The position numbers and the translations under genes were made by a program. Positions 1 to 6,414 of a DNA stretch of 64,000 nucleotides are shown here, in pieces (within the stretch, counting starts at the first letter, position 1; every line of letters starts with the position of its first letter). Source of the stretch: a virus; the IMG/VR virus record IMGVR_UViG_3300035128_000056, positions 1 to 64,000 of that record; one strand, 5' to 3'. The notes below the pieces were generated by a model that was given only the letters and a program-made list of their open reading frames with translations, did no database searches and was not told where the DNA came from.

Positions 1-1
1 G

Positions 2-595
2 CACGCCGGTGAAGACTGGCTTGCATGGTACCTCTACTGCTGGACTCGGCAAGATCGTCACCTGCATCAGTGGGAGGCCGACGAGCGTCGGCACGCGCTG
101 CGCAGTCGCGACGAGATATTCCGCGTCGCAGCATCGCGGCTCGCGGCACGCTATCAGACACTCGTGCTCGAGGGTACCAACTCGACCAAGAGCGGGCTTC
201 TCAACCTCGCCGATCTCGCCAGCAAGGCAGCCTCTACCGAAGCGGAGACCAAGGCGGACGACGCCCAGCGTGCGCAGCGAGTGAAAGCCGCGCCGGGCGA
301 GTGCAGGTCAGCTCTTGTCCAGGCATTCCGTGGCTCCGTCGAACCAGAGCCGTTGGAGCGCACCACGACCGAGTGCCACCACTGCCACGGGCTATGCGAG
401 TGGGACGCTGCACGCGAACTGCGCCACACATGCGAGCACTGCGGAGCACGGTGGGATCAGGACGCAAACGCAGCGAAGAATCTGCTCCACCGCAGACGCG
501 AGAGGCTCAATGGTGCATCGAACTCCGGAACCGCTCGCAACGCAAAAAAACCGCGCCAGAATGCTGGCGAAGCAGCATCCGACGCGGCAGAATAG
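2..595 (+). CDS. TnpB/Cas12-family (type V-like) RNA-guided nuclease, C-terminal ~198 aa; 5' end lies outside the window
   Basis: Frame 2 is open from nt 2 (track ORF 164..595 is only its Met-initiated tail). Translation shows ARYQTLVLEG (RuvC-II Glu context), zinc ribbon CHHC...CEHC, then DQDANAAKNLL (RuvC-III D-x-N-A-A), the canonical TnpB/Cas12 C-terminus. A repeat array starts 80 nt downstream on the same strand. Confidence 0.75.
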   Translation, partial: HAGEDWLAWYLYCWTRQDRHLHQWEADERRHALRSRDEIFRVAASRLAARYQTLVLEGTNSTKSGLLNLADLASKAASTEAETKADDAQRAQRVKAAPGECRSALVQAFRGSVEPEPLERTTTECHHCHGLCEWDAARELRHTCEHCGARWDQDANAAKNLLHRRRERLNGASNSGTARNAKKPRQNAGEAASDAAE

Positions 596-674
596 TGGAG
601 TTGTGGTGTGCGAAATCAGACCGCTCGCAAAGCACCTCGCAAGTCAGCGAGAACACTGGAGGCACGACAGGTGC

Positions 675-1148
675 CTCCAACAAGGCAGCCCGACGCCTTC
701 AAGTCGGGACGCCTGCGCGGCGGCTCGTATTTTCAACGAACGAAGGCTCCAACAAGGCAGCCCGACGCCTTCAAGTCGGGACGATGCGGTCGAATTTGGC
801 GCACCTAGCGCTAGCGCGACTCCAACAAGGCAGCCCGACGCCTTCAAGTCGGGACAATGAATGGATCGAGGTTGTCGCATTTGTGCGAGGTCGCCTCCGA
901 CAAGGCAGCGCGATGCCTTCAAATCGCGACCCATTCTGTCAGCGCATCATCGATCCCGAGGACTGGCTCGCGATGTTCAGCTCCAACACGGCAGCCCGAC
1001 GCCTTCAAGTTGGGACGACCCAGGGGCTTGCTTAAGCGACTCCGACAAGGCAGCGCGATGCCTTCAAATCGCGACGCTGACGCGACCCTTGGCCCGTGCC
1101 CTCCATGGGGCTCTCCGACAAGGCAGCTCGACGCCTTCAAGTTGGGAC
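675..1148 (+). CRISPR. CRISPR-like array, 7 x 36-nt repeats with 6 spacers (36, 37, 39, 50, 23, 37 nt)
   Basis: Repeats at 675-710, 747-782, 820-855 (all CTCCAACAAGGCAGCCCGACGCCTTCAAGTCGGGAC), 895-930 and 1040-1075 (CTCCGACAAGGCAGCGCGATGCCTTCAAATCGCGAC), 981-1016 and 1113-1148 (variants with GTTGGG). Each ends in a 6-bp hairpin plus AC directly before the spacer (type V crRNA geometry). Same strand as the nuclease gene. Confidence 0.8.
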
Positions 1149-1176
1149 CGTACGGCCAGCAGACCCGTGCACAGAG

Positions 1177-1617
1177 TTAACGGTACCGATCACGCAGCGA
1201 CTCGATCTGCTGCTGATGCCGCGCCAGTTCGCTGTCCACTTCGCGCCTGCGATCCTGGTCAGCCTCGCGGTCCGAAATGCGTTGCCCGCCTAGCCCCTTC
1301 ACGTCTGCCTTTAGCTCCGCTAGGTCCGACGCAATTGCAGGCAGAGAGTCGAGTCGCGCTTTTGTAACCGGGTCCAACTCCACCTGGCCGAAGCCTGCCA
1401 TCCACTGCACGAGAACCGAAGCAACTGCAGTGATCACGGCAGCAACAACTGGAGGGGTCCACAGTCGAGCTTGCGCCGCAATCAGAGAAGGCTGCTTCGG
1501 CGGAGGAGGCAGATGCTCGTCATGGACTCGCGATGGCCGTGACTCCGCCTCTGCGAGTTGCTCCTCGACGTCAGCCGGCGGTACTAGACGACCACCGCAG
1601 TTGACCAGGCGATGCAT
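1177..1617 (-). CDS. Membrane-anchored coiled-coil protein, possible spanin-like lysis accessory
   Basis: 146 aa. Hydrophobic segment PPVVAAVITAVASVLVQWMAGF followed by a charged heptad-like C-terminus. ATG 3 nt after the stop of the upstream gene. Last gene of the endolysin operon. Confidence 0.45.
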   Translation of the reverse strand: MHRLVNCGGRLVPPADVEEQLAEAESRPSRVHDEHLPPPPKQPSLIAAQARLWTPPVVAAVITAVASVLVQWMAGFGQVELDPVTKARLDSLPAIASDLAELKADVKGLGGQRISDREADQDRRREVDSELARHQQQIESLRDRYR

Positions 1618-1619
1618 GA

Positions 1620-1964
1620 CTATGGCTCCATCCCGCCGTCGTCACCGAGCTGACACGGATTGCTGTTCCCGCCTCCGGGCTTGCACGGGAGTCGTGAGGC
1701 TTCGTGCTCGAGCTCTGTGATGCGCTCGTTCCGCAGTCGTGCATCATGCGCCAAGCTCGCGATGTCGGCCTGCATCGCTTTGATCTGACTAGCTAGCCAT
1801 GTGCGGAACTGCGCCTGTTCGCGCCGCTCTATCTCCTGTGCGTCGCGTTCGCGCTCGATGTCTTCGCGTAGCAAGTGCACACGCACCGCTAGCTGCGCCA
1901 ACTGCGTGTCTCGTGTCTCTTCTTCAGGATGAGGGGTGTTCTGCGGATCGTCGGTACTGCTCAT
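1620..1964 (-). CDS. Coiled-coil protein in lysis cassette (function unknown)
   Basis: Start taken at MSSTDDPQ (ATG 1964), which overlaps the endolysin stop as ATGA. Highly charged E/R/Q-rich helix-like sequence with a Cys-containing C-terminus (LPCKPGGGNSNPC). Confidence 0.45.
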   Translation of the reverse strand: MSSTDDPQNTPHPEEETRDTQLAQLAVRVHLLREDIERERDAQEIERREQAQFRTWLASQIKAMQADIASLAHDARLRNERITELEHEASRLPCKPGGGNSNPCQLGDDGGMEP

Positions 1965-2599
1965 TGGGACAACTCCCACTGCTGCGCGATGTACTCCGCC
2001 GGGTCCACTGGGCCAGGGTCTGGCAGCCCATGCGCCGAGCACCAATCAGCGACCGCTAGCGCCGACGCGGTATAGACGATCGTGTCGGCGTCTACCGATG
2101 CCCAGACGCGGCGACCGCGGAGCATCAGGAAGTCGCCGACGCTATCAACCGAGCACTCGAACTGACGACCACCGCCGTGCCACTGTCCGAAATCTGCGGT
2201 CAGTGCTCGCCCATCGGGGGTCTGACCGAGGTATACTGCGATGTGGCCACCACGGTCGAAGTCGTAGCCGATGAAGTCCCCAGGTCGCAGTTGCTCAAGC
2301 TTCGGCAATCGAGGGACGGTGTGTTTACGTTCGCCGTAGAACCAGCCTAGGTCTGGCCTGCCTGTGCTGGGGAATCCGCGGTGCTCGTCGCGGAGGATGT
2401 GCTCGGCACGGCACCCGGCTGCGAATGCGATGCAGTCAGGGAGCTCGACACAGGACGTCCCGGGCTGGCTCGGTGGGTACTGCCGGCCCTCGACCACAGC
2501 CTGCTGGACCGGATGGCCGAATGCGCCTCTACCATCGCTGGTCAAATAGTATCCGAGCTCGACGATGGTGCGGCGGCGAGAGATTTTCGGGATGGGCAT
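1961..2599 (-). CDS. Endolysin candidate, NlpC/P60- or CHAP-like cysteine peptidase
   Basis: Start at MPIPKISRRR (ATG 2599) preceded by GGAG. Motifs LPDCIAFAAGC (Cys) and GDFIGYDFDRGGHIAVYLG (His) resemble the Cys-His core of NlpC/P60 amidases. Sits at the end of the late operon. Confidence 0.55.
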   Translation of the reverse strand: MPIPKISRRRTIVELGYYLTSDGRGAFGHPVQQAVVEGRQYPPSQPGTSCVELPDCIAFAAGCRAEHILRDEHRGFPSTGRPDLGWFYGERKHTVPRLPKLEQLRPGDFIGYDFDRGGHIAVYLGQTPDGRALTADFGQWHGGGRQFECSVDSVGDFLMLRGRRVWASVDADTIVYTASALAVADWCSAHGLPDPGPVDPAEYIAQQWELSQ

Positions 2600-2641
2600 T
2601 TGTTTACTCCTTCCGGCACGCAACCTGCATCCACGGTCACT

Positions 2642-3127
2642 ATGCGAAACTCTACACGCGGCACACCCGCTGCACGCCTGCTCAGGGCCCGTTTGGGTGT
2701 TGGTGACCCAGAGGCCCTGGAATACGTCAGAGACGCGCTGAGGCGCCACGGGAGCGCTGCTGCTGCGGCTGAGGAGCTGGGGGTGTCGGCGGCGACGGCA
2801 GGCAGGTGGGCTCACCTAGTCGGACTGGTCAGACCACGCGGAAACCCGGAGTTTCTTCTACGCAGAAAGTGCAACAGTGCGCAAAAGGCTGCAGACAAGC
2901 CAAACGAGCACGTTTCCTGCGAGACGGTCCGGCGATGTTCGAGAAAGCACGCAGGTTTTATGGGGTGTGCGTCGATCGATGAGGATGTCGGCACCCGTTC
3001 TCGCCCCGCAGGTTCGTCCCCGGGGCTTCGGGGTGCGAGCAGGCCGCGCGCGGCACACAGCGGGCGCCTCGGACCGGCCGGAGACAGGACGGAGGGTGAG
3101 AGCAGCCCCTACCAGAAAGTGGGCTAG
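2642..3127 (+). CDS. Possible small HTH DNA-binding protein (weak call; C-terminal half low complexity)
   Basis: In-frame ATG at 2642 inside track ORF 2381..3127. The segment ALRRHGSAAAAAEELGVSAATAGRWAHLVGL looks like a helix-turn-helix. Divergent from the endolysin gene. Codon usage is poor after about residue 70. Confidence 0.3.
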   Translation: MRNSTRGTPAARLLRARLGVGDPEALEYVRDALRRHGSAAAAAEELGVSAATAGRWAHLVGLVRPRGNPEFLLRRKCNSAQKAADKPNEHVSCETVRRCSRKHAGFMGCASIDEDVGTRSRPAGSSPGLRGASRPRAAHSGRLGPAGDRTEGESSPYQKVG

Positions 3128-3206
3128 CTGCCGCTGGGCGCAGAGCTCGGCACCGACACCACCCCGCCAGGTTCGCCTCGCGGGGTTGAGGTGTCAGGAG
3201 GATACG

Positions 3207-3665
3207 ATGATCGAAGCGCAAACGCTCTGTCAGTCATGCGGGAATCAAGGGCCTTATCCGCTCGCCACAGGATTGGCGCCAACTCCTCAGCCATCCTGGT
3301 GTACGTGCAAGCGCAACGGCCCGGGATTGCTCCCCGGTGGGCCCTTCGTGGCCGCTCCGGGTGCAGTAGTCCAGTTCGCGTTTGACACCCCGGAGGATCG
3401 CGCGTTCGCGGAACGCTGCAGGGTCGCCGGGAATGAATACGTGGATGCGCGTGACGCAGCGATAACCGCGAAGTGGACCCCGTGCGGAAAGATCCGTCCG
3501 CGTACCGGAGCGATTCGCAAGGCGGCAGAGCGGAAGTACCGCAATGCGCTCCGCGCTCTCACCAGGCTGCAGTCGCAGTGCCGGCACTGGCGCGTGAGCA
3601 TCTTCGAGCCGACGACGTGTGGTGTGTGTGGCGCCGACTTGAGGCCTTCCAATCATTCTGACTGA
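3207..3665 (+). CDS. Hypothetical Cys-containing protein
   Basis: ATG 3207 preceded by AGGAGGA (3196-3202). 152 aa beginning MIEAQTLCQSCGNQ and ending CGVCGADL (two CxxC pairs). Confidence 0.55.
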   Translation: MIEAQTLCQSCGNQGPYPLATGLAPTPQPSWCTCKRNGPGLLPGGPFVAAPGAVVQFAFDTPEDRAFAERCRVAGNEYVDARDAAITAKWTPCGKIRPRTGAIRKAAERKYRNALRALTRLQSQCRHWRVSIFEPTTCGVCGADLRPSNHSD

Positions 3666-3737
3666 CCACCACACCCACCCCATCCCGCCGGTACCCGTTC
3701 GCTCGGGGCCGGCTTTCGGGGTAGGAGAACACGAACC

Positions 3738-3998
3738 ATGGTGGACCTAATCGTGAACCGAGGAGTCAGCGAAGCCGCTTTGGGCAGCGCCAAGCCCTAC
3801 GTCGTCGGCAACGGCCTCTACTGCGACGAGGTGGCACGGTACGCCACGTTCGACGAAGCGCTGGCCCACTACCGTAGGCTACGGAAACAGCTCCCCGGCG
3901 AGTGGCGCGCGATCGGCATCTGGAACGAAGACGAGTGCGACGGTGCCACGGATGGCAATCCCGATGGCCTCACTGACGAGCAGAGGGAGCAACTCTGA
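3738..3998 (+). CDS. Hypothetical protein (first gene of a coupled plus-strand operon)
   Basis: 86 aa ORF with GGAG-type RBS (ggggtaggagaacacgaaccATG). Its stop overlaps the next start (TGATG). Confidence 0.6.
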   Translation: MVDLIVNRGVSEAALGSAKPYVVGNGLYCDEVARYATFDEALAHYRRLRKQLPGEWRAIGIWNEDECDGATDGNPDGLTDEQREQL

Positions 3999-4192
3999 TG
4001 CCTGACCTTCACGGAGCGGCCGCCGACACCAAGGCGCAGACCACCACATCACGCGGTGTCGTACTGGAGATTTCGGCAAGCGAACGTCGACGTGCCGAAC
4101 AGCTGTCGCGCTCAGTGCTGGAGAAGCACGAGTCGCGGCGCCTGATGGGCAGCCGTCGGCCAGAGCTGGACAAGAAACAGGAGGAACCGTGA
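3998..4192 (+). CDS. Hypothetical protein
   Basis: 64 aa. TGATG overlap upstream and GTGA overlap downstream. Confidence 0.5.
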   Translation: MPDLHGAAADTKAQTTTSRGVVLEISASERRRAEQLSRSVLEKHESRRLMGSRRPELDKKQEEP

Positions 4193-4449
4193 AACAAGCA
4201 GGAACGCACGACTACGAAAAGCCACTCTTCATCACCGATGGTTGTTGGGGTGGAATGCAAACGTTCTCCGTCGGCATCTTCGAGTGGGTGCCAGCAAAGG
4301 GCGGAGGGGTCAAGCGAGGAAAGGCAAAGGTGCGCGTTGTCGGATCCCCGGATCGTCATGCGTCCGTGTTCGCAAAGGCCGACGAGATCGTGGCGCAACT
4401 AGACGCCGGGACCTACTCTGGTAGGAAACGGGTTATCGTTGGATGGTGA
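4189..4449 (+). CDS. Hypothetical protein
   Basis: 86 aa. GTG start overlapping the preceding TGA. Good GC3 bias. Confidence 0.5.
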   Translation: MKQAGTHDYEKPLFITDGCWGGMQTFSVGIFEWVPAKGGGVKRGKAKVRVVGSPDRHASVFAKADEIVAQLDAGTYSGRKRVIVGW

Positions 4450-4712
4450 GGATGAGCAAACCTATTCCGTCGCTATGGATCCTAGACTTATACTCAGCTG
4501 GAGCACCTGACGAGGTGCTTGACTGGGTGGCTGCCGGATCGATGTCGCGTCGAATGCTGATGTCCTACGCTAGGATGTTCGGCAGGCGCCCACGGTGGTG
4601 GTGGACAAGGACTCGTCTTGGGAGGATTTACTGGCGTGGGCTGATTGGTGATGGGGCCGGGCTGCCGCCGCGTGGAGCTATTCCGTTGCGTCAGGGGCAG
4701 CTTGCTCCATGA
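4443..4712 (+). CDS. Hypothetical protein with RPRWWWTR motif (paralogous segment in 45362..45859)
   Basis: 89 aa. FGRRPRWWWTRTRLGRIYWR matches LGVRPRWWWTRGRLWAEWR at the N-terminus of the 165-aa early protein. Alternative ATG at 4452. Confidence 0.5.
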   Translation: MVRMSKPIPSLWILDLYSAGAPDEVLDWVAAGSMSRRMLMSYARMFGRRPRWWWTRTRLGRIYWRGLIGDGAGLPPRGAIPLRQGQLAP

Positions 4713-4918
4713 CCCGCTGCACCGTCCTGAGATCGGAACGCACCGCACCGCGCCCCGGCTTCTGCCACGGCTGGCGGCTCGTGATGCCGGCTTGCGAAAG
4801 GCACTCGGCTGCAGCTGTGCCACCGGTCTCGGTGGCGTGCCGACGGCAGTGCTGCGGTAGGCATCCGGAGCGCGACTTGCGGCGAGGTGAGCGGGCCGTG
4901 GCTAGGTGGGATTGGTGA
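4709..4918 (+). CDS. Hypothetical Arg/Cys-rich small protein
   Basis: 69 aa. ATGA overlap upstream and TGATG overlap downstream, high GC3. Composition is odd, so the call rests on coupling. Confidence 0.4.
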   Translation: MTRCTVLRSERTAPRPGFCHGWRLVMPACERHSAAAVPPVSVACRRQCCGRHPERDLRRGERAVARWDW

Positions 4919-5451
4919 TGATCGCAGCGCTATACGTGGCCAAAGGTGGCGTCTACTTCGACCCTGAGCTGACCGACGTTGATCCATGGGACGAGGATCG
5001 CGATGCGCGACTGTACCATGGTCCGTGGCCTGTTGTTGCACACCCGCCATGCGGAGCTTACTCGAAGCTCGCGAGTCTCTATCAGCGAGACGATGCCGAT
5101 TGCGCCGTGCGCGCTGTCGCCCAGGTGCGCGAGTTCGGCGGGGTGCTTGAGCACCCTGCACACTCGCAGCTATGGCGCGTCGAAGGGATTGAGCTACCGA
5201 AGCCAGGTGATTTGCCGGATCGGTTTGGTGGGACGACAACCGAGGTAACACAGGTCGAGTGGGGGCACGTGGCTCGCAAGCGCACCTGGCTCTATTGCAT
5301 GAGGACCGCACCAGTACCGCCGCCACCGTTCCCGGGAAGAGAGCCGACGCACTGGTGTTCGGGGTTCAGGCCTGGCGGCGGGCGAAAGCACAACTACAAG
5401 CGAACCGGCTGCGCGGTCCCGCCAGGGATCAAGGTCTGCTCTCGGCAGTAG
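4918..5451 (+). CDS. Hypothetical protein with C5-cytosine-methyltransferase-like motif order (PPC / EHP / RKR)
   Basis: Start moved to ATG 4918 (TGATG overlap). VVAHPPCGAYS resembles motif IV (PCQ), VLEHPA motif VI (ENV), HVARKRTWLY motif VIII (QxRxR). At 177 aa it is too short for a full enzyme with a target-recognition domain. Confidence 0.35.
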   Translation: MIAALYVAKGGVYFDPELTDVDPWDEDRDARLYHGPWPVVAHPPCGAYSKLASLYQRDDADCAVRAVAQVREFGGVLEHPAHSQLWRVEGIELPKPGDLPDRFGGTTTEVTQVEWGHVARKRTWLYCMRTAPVPPPPFPGREPTHWCSGFRPGGGRKHNYKRTGCAVPPGIKVCSRQ

Positions 5452-5502
5452 CGCAACCGCACCCCGCTCCCCTTCCGAGACATGCTGCTAGACCTGGCGC
5501 GC

Positions 5503-6129
5503 TCAGTTGCGCGCTAGCTGCATCCGCCTCAGCCGATACATCCGCGCCCTGGCTCGAGCGCCGTCGTTTGGCCGCCCTTCCCAGGCGCAGTCTACCGACC
5601 TGTACCCGGCGAATGCTCCAGCCAGTTTCCCGCCTGGGTGCCTCCCATCGCAGCGTTTGAGCGCCCCGAGGAAGCGCTTTCTGGCACAGACAGCAAACGC
5701 ATCTAGCGCCGCCTTGGAACCGCGCCGGTGGCCCCATCCTGAGCGGCAGGCGGTGACTTTCAACTGCCAGTAGGATCGAGACCTGCCACGGTCGCAGTGC
5801 CCGGCACCATCGGGGATGCCGTCCGGGTAGTGGCAGCCAGAGGCTACGTACTCAGCAAACGCACTCTCGGCCCCGCCGATTGCCAGCAGCGCAGCGGCTT
5901 CCTGCGGTGTCCGCGACGCACGGTCTATCGCGTCGGCTGCCGCATCCAGCCTGGCTGACTGCTCGTCGGGCGTCTCTTCGTCGAACACAGAGCGCGGCGT
6001 GTGCTCGAGCACGACTCGGATTCGATCGCGCCATGGCTCTCGCTCTTCAGCCTCGACATTACTGGCCCGCCCGCAGCAGTAGCAAACGATGGCGACGAGC
6101 AGCAGCGCGCAGATAGGTCCATCTCGCAT
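5503..6129 (-). CDS. Secreted or lipo-protein, lytic-transglycosylase-like (tentative)
   Basis: Start at MRDGPICALLLVAIVCYCC (ATG 6129, signal-like). LLAIGGAESAFAEYV (Glu-Ser) and RSYWQLK resemble SLT motifs I/II. Convergent with the plus-strand operon. Confidence 0.4.
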   Translation of the reverse strand: MRDGPICALLLVAIVCYCCGRASNVEAEEREPWRDRIRVVLEHTPRSVFDEETPDEQSARLDAAADAIDRASRTPQEAAALLAIGGAESAFAEYVASGCHYPDGIPDGAGHCDRGRSRSYWQLKVTACRSGWGHRRGSKAALDAFAVCARKRFLGALKRCDGRHPGGKLAGAFAGYRSVDCAWEGRPNDGARARARMYRLRRMQLARN

Positions 6130-6391
6130 GGTTGGTACCGTGCACACCCTGGGCATGGTTTGCAAGCGGCAACCTCGCGCCACCAAATGCTTCCGTCAAA
6201 GGCTCGGTAGATGTAGCGCGGCACTGGGAATCTCCCCAGCGGGGCCGACGAGTAACACCAATCGCGGCGTCTTTGCTCTCGTCAGTCGCTCCCCCGCTGG
6301 CCGGCACGAACTCTGCGCCGAAGCGCAATCCACACCTGTGGCTGATCCGTGTTGTTCCGTGGGCTTGCGAAATGCCCGGAGTTTTCGCGAA

Positions 6392-6410
6392 ATGAACGCC
6401 TAGCGTTCAT
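6392..6410 (-). terminator. Hairpin downstream of the protease gene (ATGAACGC-cta-GCGTTCAT), next to palindrome TTTCGCGAAA (6382-6391)
   Basis: 8-bp inverted repeat with a 3-nt loop beginning 5 nt after the stop at 6415. On the minus strand it is followed by TTTCGCGAAAA. No long U-tract. Confidence 0.35.
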
Positions 6411-6414
6411 GCGT

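Noticed and set aside
2-595. Calling the nuclease a nuclease-dead TldR-like repressor
   Set aside because: The visible RuvC-II Glu context (LVLEG) and RuvC-III D-x-N-A-A motif appear intact, and the C-terminus is not truncated. RuvC-I is outside the window, so catalytic status is undetermined.
25-1035. Long ORFs (25..1035, 315..860, 857..1180, 861..1367 and others) running through the repeat array
   Set aside because: Their peptides simply repeat the translated 36-nt unit (…QGSPTPSSRD…, …TRQPDAFKSG…). They overlap the better-supported nuclease frame and have no start context. They are artefacts of open frames in GC-rich repeats.
711-1112. Self-matches for spacers 2-6 and for the sequence after the last repeat
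   Set aside because: I scanned for their rarer sub-strings (for example GAATTTGG, CATTTGT, CTTAAG, CCTCCATGG) and found only short partial hits (up to 11 nt, for example CGATCCATTCA at about 40869). No credible protospacer was seen in this window. A computational search is still needed.
2381-3127. Full 248-aa track ORF as a single gene
   Set aside because: Its first 87 codons overlap the endolysin gene on the opposite strand. Only the part from ATG 2642 is intergenic and HTH-like, and even that is kept only at low confidence.
3005-3185. Imperfect ~30-nt direct repeat containing AGGTTCG (about 3005-3038 and 3163-3196), considered as tRNA-derived att fragments
   Set aside because: No complementary T-stem or acceptor stem could be built around either copy, and the copies differ by several indels. 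It could still be a weak operator pair, but that is unsupported.
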